From: a virus
Length of the DNA stretch: 64,000 nt
IMG/VR virus record: IMGVR_UViG_3300034105_002260
Direction: 5' to 3' (one strand)
Of the stretch, positions 1-10,616 are shown in pieces; position 1 is the first letter of the stretch; each line of letters starts with the position of its first letter. A program made the translations under genes and the position numbers. The notes beneath the pieces were generated by a model. It searched no databases, was not told the origin of the DNA, and worked only from the letters and a program-made list of their open reading frames with translations.

Positions 1-1211
1 CTAACTTCTATGCTAATACGGAAATGTACGATGAGAGATCAACCGTAACTGTAGGTAGTATAAGTGGAAGAACAGTACAAGAATTTACTAAGTGGTTCTT
101 AGAAGGTTTACAGGTGGCGGAAGAACCTGCGGTGGATTCAAGTAACACTACTGAAGGTGTAAAACCACAATTAGGAACATACATTGGAAAGGGTACAACA
201 ACATTAACATATGATGATTTAGTTAATGATGTTTTCACTAAGACAAAAGTTTATTTCGAATCATTTGAACCCGCTTACAATCTTTTAAATAAAGAATTCG
301 GGCCGTTAATAATGAAATTATTATTAAGTTCAGATTATAGAAAAATAAAAAATTACGATATATTCACGTCAACATCTTTAACTCCAGGAACCACAATTGA
401 AATGATTGGTAAGTACCCTGACGGTACCCCATACTCAAGATTTGTTTCTTTATTAAAAAAGAATCTACTTGATTTTACAAAAACAATAGACTTATGTTCG
501 GTGTTTGCATTCGATAAAGTACTAACCGCTCCTAAAATAATAAAGGCTAATGAATTATTAAGACCTTATATTACTAAATTAATTGAAGATAAAATTAGTT
601 CGTTATCATCTAATAAACAAGTAGATGGGTTTGAAGAAAGAAGAAATAATTTAATAATCGCATTAGATAAGGTTAATTTCTTAGTAAAATATGGATATGA
701 CGCTCAGTTAGAATCCCAGGATAAAGCAATGAAAGCAACTTTATCTGGTTATACGTCTAATTTAATTTATGATGAATATAAAACTTGTATTGATTACATA
801 AAAGATAATACAGGTAAGTTTTATGAAAATATAGATAACACGATAGATTACACCAACCCAACAATAACATCTCAAATTTTAGGTTCTATATTGTCGGTAT
901 TGTTAAGTTCGGGAGGAATGTATAGTAAAGAAACATTAATGAAGGTATTCGATGCGGATAAAACCATATTTGATGAAAATACTATTGAAAAATTAAACAA
1001 AAAAATAACATCGTTCGTTGAATCTCCGAAAGATATTAAATTTAAATTTAAAACGATGAAAGAAAGAAAAAATAGTAACCCAATTTCTTTCAATGTCACA
1101 GCAACAGAAGAAATAACTGACCCTGCGGTAAAAGAACAAGTTACTAATTTAAATTCTAAAAAAGTTGATAGCATAAGTGGTAAATTAAATTATTATAGAA
1201 ATGTCCCGTAG
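1..1211 (+). CDS. Hypothetical (probable virion) protein, likely 5'-truncated by the window edge
   Basis: Frame is open from the window start (first ATG at 24); overlaps the downstream baseplate-type gene. Confidence 0.55.
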   Translation, partial: NFYANTEMYDERSTVTVGSISGRTVQEFTKWFLEGLQVAEEPAVDSSNTTEGVKPQLGTYIGKGTTTLTYDDLVNDVFTKTKVYFESFEPAYNLLNKEFGPLIMKLLLSSDYRKIKNYDIFTSTSLTPGTTIEMIGKYPDGTPYSRFVSLLKKNLLDFTKTIDLCSVFAFDKVLTAPKIIKANELLRPYITKLIEDKISSLSSNKQVDGFEERRNNLIIALDKVNFLVKYGYDAQLESQDKAMKATLSGYTSNLIYDEYKTCIDYIKDNTGKFYENIDNTIDYTNPTITSQILGSILSVLLSSGGMYSKETLMKVFDADKTIFDENTIEKLNKKITSFVESPKDIKFKFKTMKERKNSNPISFNVTATEEITDPAVKEQVTNLNSKKVDSISGKLNYYRNVP

Positions 1212-1527
1212 TTATTTTAACAGATATGAACTTTTTATGGAAGATGGTAGCTTTAGAATAGTACCAGGTATTGAACTCCCAATCAAGGGTTCGGACAAAT
1301 ACCACCAATATAAAAATGGAAAAGATAGATTAGATAAATTATCGCAAGAGTTTTACGGAACACCAATTTTTGGGTGGTTAATTATGAATGCCAACGCTTT
1401 AGCGGGAACAAATGAATTTGAAATCCCCGATAATTTTATCCTTAGAATTCCTTTTCCTTTGGTTACCTCTTTACAAGATTATAAAAGAGGTGTAGAATTG
1501 TATAATTTATATTATGGGGAACAATGA
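1201..1527 (+). CDS. LysM-like baseplate protein (T4 gp53 / P2 gpX-like)
   Basis: Motif DRLDKLSQEFYGTPIFGWLIMNAN...ILRIP; lies just before the hub-like gene. Confidence 0.7.
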   Translation: MSRSYFNRYELFMEDGSFRIVPGIELPIKGSDKYHQYKNGKDRLDKLSQEFYGTPIFGWLIMNANALAGTNEFEIPDNFILRIPFPLVTSLQDYKRGVELYNLYYGEQ

Positions 1528-4500
1528 TTTATCGAATAGTGAGAAAATATTAGTTAAGGTCGATCAGAACAATCTGATGTACATCGACCCTAATAGTGTC
1601 GTGATTAATGGTGAAATAGAACCAAGAGGAATAAAACAGGAAAACTTGGTTATGTTTGTTAATCTTGAAGCTGATATTGTTCCTAGGTCAACACTTGTTT
1701 CAAACGACGACAAGAATACATTAAAAAACATTGCCAAAGGAACTCTGAACTTTTTAAGTAGTGCAACTACTGATAGAGATTACACAACTCAATGGACCGA
1801 TTCTTATTTTGAAAGTAAACCTAAAAAAGTTACAAAAGATGAAAATGGTAACCTTCACGGTGTAGATGAGTTTTATCAAAGTGACGAAACTGGGCAATCA
1901 TTTGGTATTGATAACATTAGTATATTAGTAAAAGGAGCAAATTTTATACCTCAAATCAATATTAACTTTATTGATGTTAGAGGTAAGACTCTTTTTGAAT
2001 CTCCAGAGAATTCACCATATCAAGCTTTCTTTCATTTACCTTGGCCAATATTTTATTTAACGGTTAAAGGATTTTATGGTAAGGCAATTAGATATAGATT
2101 ACACTTAGTAAAATTTAACTCAAGATATAACGAATCAAATGGTAATTTTGAAATTGCCACATCATTTGTCGGTTCATCGTTTGCGTTTATGAATGACATA
2201 CCGTTAAAAGGTGTTCTAAATGCTCCATATATGTTTCTTAAGGAGTCAACAAAACCCGTTGAGTTTAACGAAAGTACGGGTAAATCGACTCAAAAAGTTT
2301 TCAAATCATCAAAGGGTTATGCGATGCTCAATTCCGTTTACTCGGAAATGAAAAGAAAAAAATTAATACCACAAGACTTTCCAGTAAAAACGGTTAGAGA
2401 AATTGGTGCAATTGCGGAGACGTTAGATAAAATATTAGAACAAACAATATTCAGTGAAGTAATAGACACCAAAGTCTTGGCTGGATTACAAGACTATGAT
2501 AAAGATTTAACAAATTTTGAATCAGAAATAAAAAATTGGGCATCTATACATTTAAATAAAAGTTCATACGAAGATACGATTACAGGAAAAGATATTAATG
2601 GTTTGAACACCTATATTAGATATTATGGTCTTAGTGATAAGAACAAATCTGATTTGAAAAATATTGAAGGTAAAGAAAATTATAAAACTTTAGAGGGTTT
2701 GTTAGTACTATACAACGAAAAATTAAAAAATAGTGCAGCTTTAAATAATAATTTACAAAAGAAAACAGATAAATCAATAAATGTAACCATTTCTTTTCTA
2801 TCAAAAAATATAAGTAATGCAGGTAATTACTATAAGAAAAATGAAAGAGGGGAATATGTTGTTGCAATTGATAAATTAGTACAGGATGTTGGTGAAATTA
2901 GAGGAACGTTTTTTGAACAAAAACAAAAAATAGAAAAAGAGGTAGAAAGAAAAATGAATGAAGTGGTTAAAAATCCAAAATTAGGAATTGGATTTGAACC
3001 TACCGTTAGAAATCTATTCGCCGTTTTATTAGCTAACGCGGAAGTGTACGTCAGATTAATGAAAGAAGTACATCAAGATGCATTTAAAGTTGCTAACGAT
3101 AGAAAAGGAAAATTAAAAGGTTTTTCTGATGAAAGTATTGGAGAAACAATTTACCCTTGGCCAGAAATTAAAAGAACATTACCAACAGATAAGAAAAAAG
3201 TTATTGCATACCCAGGAGAACCCGAACTTAGGGAGAAGTTACAATCTAACAACCCATTGTTATGGCCTGAGGTTGCATTTGTTGAGGAATACATTGCGGT
3301 ATCAACCAATAAGAGTGACCCCAACTCCGAAAAAGAAGGTGGTGTGAATAACATTAATTATATATTTGAAAGTGATTTAGACGATTCCAAAGTCAACCAA
3401 GTAAGTTCATTATTTGAAGTTTCAAATAGTATTCCATATAGTGATAGAAGTTTAGTTTCATTTTTATATGAACTACACGAAAGAGCTAAAATTATGACTT
3501 TCGTTGATTCATTTGATGCAACAATAATTAAAGAATTGGTTAATATTGAATATGAAACAATTAATGAAGTAATAAGTGAGGAGCCAGATCTTATTGACAT
3601 TTTAAATACAAATATTAAAACTGTTGAGAACTTAACAACATATATGCAAGGACTATCTCCATTTGAAAGAAGTCCATATTATAGAGACAGTATACCAACT
3701 CAACCGTACATTAAGGATTTGTTAGATGCTCCATTTGATATTAAACAATATGACAATAGTATAACCAAAAAACCTAAAAACGAAAAATTATATAATACAA
3801 TTAATGATCAATTATTAAAATATACTCCAGAACCATATAGAAAAAATATTTATCCGTTTAATTCACCAACATATACGACTTATCTTGATAAACCATTCTC
3901 AGAAAATGATTTGAATTTTAAAGGAGTATTAAAAGTTAGACCAGATAAGGGTTTTATTACAACACCAGTTGGAACATATAATTGGGTTAAAGAAGGATAT
4001 AAAAAGAATGAGAAATACGCTAACTTATTTACTCAATCTATGTCTTTTGCCACACATACTGAAAATGTATTAAACACACCTTACTTTCATAGACAATTAT
4101 TTAGTGATTTTACAAAAACCAACCCATATTCAAAATATGTTGGTTCGGCGTATTTGTTATTAAACTCATTACCATTTGTAGAATTAACCGATAAGATATC
4201 GTTTATTGAATTGGACGGTAAACAAGATACACCAACCTCAGTACTTTTACCACCCGTTAGAGTATCGTCATTATTTAGAGAAATCAGTTCAACACATTAT
4301 GTACCATATCATTTAATTGTGAAATGGGGTTCGATATATCACAGATATAAAAAGAAAATATTAGATGGTGTTGATATTTTAGATGGTTTCCTTGATTCAA
4401 CAGGAACAACTAAAAATATTAACGCTAATTTATTTTTTAACTCAGGTAGAACATCCAATGAGTTTACTGTATTTCCAAATGGATTTAATTTTGTGGGAGG

Positions 4501-7372
4501 ATTCCCAATACCAACAGGGGCAACATTTAGTGACTCAAAAGATATTGGTATACATCCATTTTATGATGCAATATTTCATCAAGTGGTAAATGGATACAAT
4601 CATTATGAGGTACTTTCAGGTAACACCTCATATTTTAGTAATGTTATAAATGGTGGAATTAAAACAAGAGGTACAATCAAATCAAACGGATTAAGATATT
4701 GGACATCCTTTGTTGATAATTCCAAATTTAATCCAGCTGATTTAAGATATACACCATTACCTTGTGATGGTGATAACAAATACGCCGATTTTAATAATAC
4801 GGCGGAAATGGTTATTAATACAGATTCATTTGATAGAGGTAATCAAATTTACTATAGTACGATGTGGGAAGATAACTACATCAACGGAGATTATAGTGGA
4901 AGCACATTTTTTAAATACAATGAATATAATACAAACACAAATGGAGATTATACCGCTGAAGGTAACACAAAAAAAGTTATTGATTTAATTGCAACATTTA
5001 GTCCGGCAATATTAGACCAGTTTGAAGATATATTTTTACAGTTCGCAACTGAAAAATTAAATGAGGAGACCCCTTATAAGAAATTCTCCAAAGTAAAATA
5101 CGATAATTTTCAAGATTTACTAAAAGGACTTCTTTCGGTTAAGAAAGAAACATCTGATGAAGGTAAAACATTTGAAGAACTTGTAAGTCTCATAAAAGAT
5201 AGACAATCTGAAAACAAAATTAAGTTAACAGATGAAATTATAGATTATAGTAACTTATTAGAAATTAAATTAGGAAACCCAAAAGAACTTGACCCTTATA
5301 TAATTGAAGGGTTTGTAGGTATTTCGGGTAACTCTTTAAAATATGACAAGTATAGTTCATCACAATCTGGAAATTTAAAATACATTGAACTTTATGTTGG
5401 TGAAGATATTGGTGGATATTATTTAGATTTTTTTGTAAAAAATAATATTGAACTATCCGAAGAGAACGTTCTTAAGTTTAGACCGTTAATATTGATTTAT
5501 GCAGGATATAGACAATCAGGAGGTTCCGATGTTAAAAAGATATTTCAAGATTATATAAGTACTACTATATTAAATGGTTTACCTTTAACATTCTTATCTA
5601 TAGTACCTCCATTTGCTATTCCAGCAACACCAGGAGCAAATTCAAGATATCAACTATTCATCACCTTATTGATTGGTAAGTTGGGAAGTATAAAAAATAA
5701 AGACCACGTCCACGCGATTGATTTTGTTGATGGATATAACAATAGAAACCTAAAAGTAGAAATATATAATTTCTTTAAATCATTTAACGATAAATGGTCC
5801 TCCGGTAATTCAATTGGACAAAGGTTGTTAATGGAGGAATTTTTATTTTTAGATAAAGCGAATAAAGATATTGGAGATAAAGCTTATTTAAATTTAGAAA
5901 GGTTTGTTTCAATAATTGACCCTAAAAACGATAAGGCAAGTTTATATAGTGCAATCTCAATGTTAATACAGGGAAGTGGTTTCGATATGAGAACACTACC
6001 CGCGTATGTTAACTTTTATGGTAATGGATTAACAACAAGAAGTAAAATTACTCCATCACATACAGTTGCGAATAATTTATTTGGAACATTTTTAGAAGTT
6101 GATTACCAAGAGTCGTCACCTAAAACAGTTATTCAATTTGCGGGACCAACATCCAAGCGTCCTTCGGATATGAATAAAAATTATAGATTTAGTGATGATA
6201 GTTTTAATATATCAGATGTTAATAACAACCCACTAATTGTAACGTTACCTAAAATTTTTGATACGGAGAATTTATCCAAATCAAATAAGGTGGTTGCGTT
6301 TGAGGTTAGTTTTGGTGACCAAAATCAAAGTATGTTTAAAGGTGTTAGTTTAGATCAATCCACAATTAAAAACACATCAGAATCTTTTGTTGTATTAGAA
6401 AACTTGGCAAGATCTGAATCTGGAGCGGGAACGTATAATGTTGACATTGGATTATTTGATTATTACAGACAAGCTTCATATCAATGTGAAGTTACTTGTA
6501 TGGGTAATGTTATGATTCAACCAACAATGTTCTTTTATTTGAAAAACATCCCTATGTTCCGTGGTTCATATTGGATTACTGAAGTTAGTCATAGTATTAG
6601 AAATAATTCAATTACAACAACATTTAAAGGAAGTAGAATACCTCAGGCAAGTTTACCTGATCCAGAAGATTCGTTTGTGTCAAGTTATAAATCATTATTT
6701 GATAGATTACTAACAAAGGCGAAAGCAAAAACAGCAGCAGAAAATTCTGGAAAAGTAACCACAGAAGAATCATTAAAGATTCCAGGTAAAGGTGACTTTG
6801 TTATTGATAAAGGTACAATTAAAATACCTGGAGAAGAACAAGTATTGGAATCGGGGGTTACATCATTCGGTATTCCGTATAATGGATTTAATGGTGAGAA
6901 ATATATTCAAAAAGTTAAATATAAAGGTGGAGACTGGTTTAGAGCGGTTGTTGCGAGAATGGGATCAGAAGCGTATCCAATTGCAGAAGATACCCATATG
7001 GCTATTGTTAGTAGATTTAAAAATCAAGTTGTTACTGATAAAGATGGTAACGGTGGATTATCTTGGAAAGAACTTAAGAATTATTCAAAAACAGAAAATT
7101 TCTATTCAACCAAATTTATACTACAAAGTAACATCACACCTGACCATATTGGAACAGGGACAACTACGTTTTTAAACCCAAATAATGGTACTGAAAAGAT
7201 GATAACCCCATCCTATTCTTTAAATAGGACACTAACAAACGTACCATTTAAAGCACAAGGACCAGTTAATATAGGACCAAGTGTGAATGGTTATGGTATA
7301 GCTCTATCGGAATCACTTATGAAATTATTAGATACCCACGAAGGACAAGTTATCTATTTTAGTATTAAATAG
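1514..7372 (+). CDS. Large baseplate hub-like structural protein (1952 aa)
   Basis: Segment CEVTCMGNVMIQPTMFFYL...GSYWITEVSHSI...TTTFKG resembles the end of gp27/GpD-type hub domains; context after LysM gene. Confidence 0.55.
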   Translation: MGNNDLSNSEKILVKVDQNNLMYIDPNSVVINGEIEPRGIKQENLVMFVNLEADIVPRSTLVSNDDKNTLKNIAKGTLNFLSSATTDRDYTTQWTDSYFESKPKKVTKDENGNLHGVDEFYQSDETGQSFGIDNISILVKGANFIPQININFIDVRGKTLFESPENSPYQAFFHLPWPIFYLTVKGFYGKAIRYRLHLVKFNSRYNESNGNFEIATSFVGSSFAFMNDIPLKGVLNAPYMFLKESTKPVEFNESTGKSTQKVFKSSKGYAMLNSVYSEMKRKKLIPQDFPVKTVREIGAIAETLDKILEQTIFSEVIDTKVLAGLQDYDKDLTNFESEIKNWASIHLNKSSYEDTITGKDINGLNTYIRYYGLSDKNKSDLKNIEGKENYKTLEGLLVLYNEKLKNSAALNNNLQKKTDKSINVTISFLSKNISNAGNYYKKNERGEYVVAIDKLVQDVGEIRGTFFEQKQKIEKEVERKMNEVVKNPKLGIGFEPTVRNLFAVLLANAEVYVRLMKEVHQDAFKVANDRKGKLKGFSDESIGETIYPWPEIKRTLPTDKKKVIAYPGEPELREKLQSNNPLLWPEVAFVEEYIAVSTNKSDPNSEKEGGVNNINYIFESDLDDSKVNQVSSLFEVSNSIPYSDRSLVSFLYELHERAKIMTFVDSFDATIIKELVNIEYETINEVISEEPDLIDILNTNIKTVENLTTYMQGLSPFERSPYYRDSIPTQPYIKDLLDAPFDIKQYDNSITKKPKNEKLYNTINDQLLKYTPEPYRKNIYPFNSPTYTTYLDKPFSENDLNFKGVLKVRPDKGFITTPVGTYNWVKEGYKKNEKYANLFTQSMSFATHTENVLNTPYFHRQLFSDFTKTNPYSKYVGSAYLLLNSLPFVELTDKISFIELDGKQDTPTSVLLPPVRVSSLFREISSTHYVPYHLIVKWGSIYHRYKKKILDGVDILDGFLDSTGTTKNINANLFFNSGRTSNEFTVFPNGFNFVGGFPIPTGATFSDSKDIGIHPFYDAIFHQVVNGYNHYEVLSGNTSYFSNVINGGIKTRGTIKSNGLRYWTSFVDNSKFNPADLRYTPLPCDGDNKYADFNNTAEMVINTDSFDRGNQIYYSTMWEDNYINGDYSGSTFFKYNEYNTNTNGDYTAEGNTKKVIDLIATFSPAILDQFEDIFLQFATEKLNEETPYKKFSKVKYDNFQDLLKGLLSVKKETSDEGKTFEELVSLIKDRQSENKIKLTDEIIDYSNLLEIKLGNPKELDPYIIEGFVGISGNSLKYDKYSSSQSGNLKYIELYVGEDIGGYYLDFFVKNNIELSEENVLKFRPLILIYAGYRQSGGSDVKKIFQDYISTTILNGLPLTFLSIVPPFAIPATPGANSRYQLFITLLIGKLGSIKNKDHVHAIDFVDGYNNRNLKVEIYNFFKSFNDKWSSGNSIGQRLLMEEFLFLDKANKDIGDKAYLNLERFVSIIDPKNDKASLYSAISMLIQGSGFDMRTLPAYVNFYGNGLTTRSKITPSHTVANNLFGTFLEVDYQESSPKTVIQFAGPTSKRPSDMNKNYRFSDDSFNISDVNNNPLIVTLPKIFDTENLSKSNKVVAFEVSFGDQNQSMFKGVSLDQSTIKNTSESFVVLENLARSESGAGTYNVDIGLFDYYRQASYQCEVTCMGNVMIQPTMFFYLKNIPMFRGSYWITEVSHSIRNNSITTTFKGSRIPQASLPDPEDSFVSSYKSLFDRLLTKAKAKTAAENSGKVTTEESLKIPGKGDFVIDKGTIKIPGEEQVLESGVTSFGIPYNGFNGEKYIQKVKYKGGDWFRAVVARMGSEAYPIAEDTHMAIVSRFKNQVVTDKDGNGGLSWKELKNYSKTENFYSTKFILQSNITPDHIGTGTTTFLNPNNGTEKMITPSYSLNRTLTNVPFKAQGPVNIGPSVNGYGIALSESLMKLLDTHEGQVIYFSIK

Positions 7373-7417
7373 GAATATTAAGAATTATGGGATATTTATA
7401 TGTATATCTTAAAAATT

Positions 7418-7621
7418 ATGGAAAATAATAAAATGAACGACAGTATTAATCAATTCTTAAACCCAAAACAAGTTAGAAATGTTTCTAATGATGGAATGGA
7501 AAGAGAAGAATGTGATATGTTAACAGGAGAGTGTTATACTATCAGAGAAAAAGACGGTATAGTTGAAAGAATAAATAAAAAATATATTACCAACGACGGT
7601 AGACAATTATTACAAGATTAA
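7418..7621 (+). CDS. Small hypothetical protein
   Basis: ATG at 7418 after A-rich leader and TATTTAT motif (7393-7399). Confidence 0.6.
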   Translation: MENNKMNDSINQFLNPKQVRNVSNDGMEREECDMLTGECYTIREKDGIVERINKKYITNDGRQLLQD

Positions 7622-7625
7622 AACT

Positions 7626-8261
7626 ATGTTAGAGAAAAAATTACACGACGAGTTGAAGCGTTATAGACAAATCAACAAATATGGTTCTAAGATGATTATG
7701 GAACAAGAAGTTCCAGAACCGCCTATTGACCCAGCTGCCCCAGTTGATCCTGCGGCACCTATTGACCCAGCTGCTCCGATTGATCCTGCGGCACCACCAA
7801 TGGACGCACCAGTAGGAGATGCACCAGCGGACGGAGGTACTGAAGAAATTGATATTACTGATTTAGTTAATATGACTAAAAGTATCAAAAACAACATCGA
7901 TGACAATAAAGCGGATCACGTATCTGTTTTGAACAAAATGGATGATGTATTTAGTAAATTAACAGACCTTGAAGCTAAATTAGGTGAAATGGACCAAGTG
8001 GTTGCTAAAATCGACCAATTAGGTGCACAAGTACAACAAATGAAACCAGAAACACCTCAAGAAAAACTTGAGATGCGTTCTTTGGATTCATATCCGTTTA
8101 ACCAAAGACCAAACGAATTCTTTAATCAAAAACAAGGTGAAATGAGAGCTTCTGGTAAAAATGAGTATGTTTTAACTAAACAAGACGTTCAAGATTACTC
8201 ACCAGATACCATAAAATCATCTTTTAACCCAGACGAAGAAGAAAATGAATTTAAGTTCTAA
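7626..8261 (+). CDS. Hypothetical protein with (I/V)DPAAP repeats and coiled coil; possible head-internal protein
   Basis: Four tandem DPAAP units, heptad-like middle, N-terminal IMEQE. Confidence 0.6.
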   Translation: MLEKKLHDELKRYRQINKYGSKMIMEQEVPEPPIDPAAPVDPAAPIDPAAPIDPAAPPMDAPVGDAPADGGTEEIDITDLVNMTKSIKNNIDDNKADHVSVLNKMDDVFSKLTDLEAKLGEMDQVVAKIDQLGAQVQQMKPETPQEKLEMRSLDSYPFNQRPNEFFNQKQGEMRASGKNEYVLTKQDVQDYSPDTIKSSFNPDEEENEFKF

Positions 8262-8616
8262 TGTAAACTTTTTATTAGGTTTACAAATACAAATGAAGAT
8301 TAACCATTGGCAAACCAAAGGGTTTGCTAGACACAACGCGTTTGGTGGATTTTATGATTCATTAAGTGACTTAATCGACACCTTTGTTGAATCTGCAATG
8401 GGAAAATATGGTAGATTTACATTGGACGAAGAAACTAAAACCATTCAATTGAGTAACCTTTCAGAATTAGATATGAAGGGATTAGTTAATACTGTTAGAG
8501 AATCTTTAGTCCAAATGTCAGAACAATTGGAACCATCAGATACCGATTTATTAAACATCCGTGACGAAATGTTAGGAGAATTAAATAAATTATCTTATCT
8601 TTTAACATTGGAATAA
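8245..8616 (+). CDS. Ferritin/Dps-like four-helix protein (DUF5856-like)
   Basis: HWQT...H..F..FYD.L..LID.FVE ferroxidase-like pattern; ends NKLSYLLTLE. Confidence 0.75.
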   Translation: MNLSSNVNFLLGLQIQMKINHWQTKGFARHNAFGGFYDSLSDLIDTFVESAMGKYGRFTLDEETKTIQLSNLSELDMKGLVNTVRESLVQMSEQLEPSDTDLLNIRDEMLGELNKLSYLLTLE

Positions 8617-8646
8617 AAAACCAAAAAACTTTTTTTAAAAAACTTT

Positions 8647-8675
8647 AAGCTGGATTTCGTAATCCGGCTTTTTTT
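8647..8675 (+). terminator. Intrinsic terminator
   Basis: aagctggatt-tcgt-aatccggctt hairpin followed by T run. Confidence 0.75.
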
Positions 8676-8719
8676 ATCTATATTTTATCTATAACAGTTT
8701 ATAACTTAAATTAACAATT

Positions 8720-9562
8720 ATGTCAACATTTGATGCAGTACTAGCACAGTACGAAAAAAACAAGAACGCCACAAGTGGCAATGCAAACAGAGTATCCCAA
8801 GAGGATAGAATGAAGAAGTACTTCGTAACGATACTTCCTAAAGGTTCAAAAGGTGAAGAGAGAAGAATTCGTATTCTTCCTACACCAGACGGTTCATCTC
8901 CATTTAAAGAGGTGTACTTCCACGAAGTTCAGGTGGATGGAAAATGGGTTAAATTATATGACCCAAAACAAGAAGGTAAACGTTCCCCATTAAATGAGGT
9001 TCACGAAGGATTGATGATGACAGGTGTTGAGTCAGACAGAGAATTGGCTCGTCAATACCGTTCACGTAAATTCTACATCGTAAAAGTTATCGACCGTGAT
9101 CAAGAACAAGATGGTCCAAAATTCTGGAGATTTAAACACAACGCTAAAGGCGATGGTATTTTAGACAAAATCTTCCCAATCTTTAAAAACAAAGGTGATG
9201 TTACCGACACTCAAAAAGGACGTGATTTAATCATTTCTTTGACCTTAACTAAGGCGGGTACAGGTAAAGAGTACACTTCTATCAATTCGGTAATTCCTGA
9301 AGATATGGGTCCTTTACACGAAGATGAAAACATATCTAAAACTTGGTTAGAAGACGAATTGACTTGGTCAGACGTTTATTCTAAGAAAAGTGAAGACTAC
9401 TTAGAAATGGTTGCTAAAGGTGAAATTCCACGTTGGGATAATGAAACAAAAAAATGGACTTCTAATTCTTCAAATGAAGAAACTATAGGTACACAAAAAG
9501 TTTCAACACCAGTGGTTGATCCACAAGATGAGGCTGAAGTAGACGAAGATTTACCGTTCTAA
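8720..9562 (+). CDS. Single-stranded DNA-binding protein (T4 gp32-like)
   Basis: RIRILP...PF...FH; DVTDTQKGRDLII; acidic tail ending EDLPF. Confidence 0.8.
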   Translation: MSTFDAVLAQYEKNKNATSGNANRVSQEDRMKKYFVTILPKGSKGEERRIRILPTPDGSSPFKEVYFHEVQVDGKWVKLYDPKQEGKRSPLNEVHEGLMMTGVESDRELARQYRSRKFYIVKVIDRDQEQDGPKFWRFKHNAKGDGILDKIFPIFKNKGDVTDTQKGRDLIISLTLTKAGTGKEYTSINSVIPEDMGPLHEDENISKTWLEDELTWSDVYSKKSEDYLEMVAKGEIPRWDNETKKWTSNSSNEETIGTQKVSTPVVDPQDEAEVDEDLPF

Positions 9563-9571
9563 ATTATTCAC

Positions 9572-9599
9572 GGGGTGGTGAAATATCCACCCCATTTTT
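9572..9599 (+). terminator. Intrinsic terminator or stabilising hairpin
   Basis: ggggtgg-N8-ccacccc then attttt. Confidence 0.65.
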
Positions 9600-9613
9600 A
9601 AAAAAACAACATT

Positions 9614-10606
9614 ATGGCAGGAATTAAAAAAAACGACTTCTCTTCTATGAAGAAGAAATTCTCTAAAGAAGCGGAGTACAAACCAGATCGTTTCTTAGAT
9701 TTGGGAGACGCGTTTTTAGATGCTACAGGAATACCAGGTCCAGCAATTGGACACATTAATATGTTCTTAGGACATAGTGATACTGGTAAAACTACGGCAC
9801 TTGTGAAAGCGGCAGTTGATGCGCAAAAGAAAGGAATTCTACCTGTGTTCATTATTACAGAACAAAAATGGAATTGGGATCACGCGGTGTTAATGGGATT
9901 CAATAAAGAAGATGATTTCTATCTCTTCAATAGTGACTTTGATTATATCGAACAGATTACTGATTTTATTAATGAAGTATTAGTGGCACAAGAAAAAGGA
10001 GAAATTCCTCACGATATTTTATTCTTATGGGATTCAGTTGGTTCTGTTCCTTGTAAGATGACATTCGAAGGTAAAGGTGGTAAACAACACAATGCTTCGG
10101 TTCTTGCTGATAAAATAGGTATGGGTATTAACCAACGTATTTCAGGTTCAAGAAGAACAGATAAGCCTCATACAAACACCCTTATCATTGTTAACCAACC
10201 TTGGGTTGAGTTACCTGACAATCCTTTCGGACAACCAAAGATTAAAGCAAAAGGTGGAGAGGCCATTTGGTTAAACTCAACTTTAGTATTTTTATTTGGT
10301 AACCAAAAAGGAGCGGGCACAACAAAAATCAAAATCACAAGAAATAAACGTGATGTAAACTTCGCAAGTAGAACTAAAATTTCTATTATGAAGAACCACG
10401 TTAATGGTATTGGATTTGCGGATGGAAAGATAATGGTAACTCCTCACGGATTTATGAAAGCAAAAGAACCCGCTGAAGAAAAAATATCTATCCAAGAATA
10501 CGCAAAAGAAAATTTAGACTATATCAGTAAACTATTCGGAGAGAAAGTTGCTGATGTTAGCGAACTAGGATTCAAAGCAGAAATCTCGTCAGATGATGAC
10601 GAATAA
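9614..10606 (+). CDS. uvsX: RecA/UvsX-like recombinase
   Basis: Walker A GHSDTGKT, Walker B LFLWDS, IIVNQ, KGGEA motifs. Confidence 0.85.
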   Translation: MAGIKKNDFSSMKKKFSKEAEYKPDRFLDLGDAFLDATGIPGPAIGHINMFLGHSDTGKTTALVKAAVDAQKKGILPVFIITEQKWNWDHAVLMGFNKEDDFYLFNSDFDYIEQITDFINEVLVAQEKGEIPHDILFLWDSVGSVPCKMTFEGKGGKQHNASVLADKIGMGINQRISGSRRTDKPHTNTLIIVNQPWVELPDNPFGQPKIKAKGGEAIWLNSTLVFLFGNQKGAGTTKIKITRNKRDVNFASRTKISIMKNHVNGIGFADGKIMVTPHGFMKAKEPAEEKISIQEYAKENLDYISKLFGEKVADVSELGFKAEISSDDDE

Positions 10607-10616
10607 ATTATACTAA

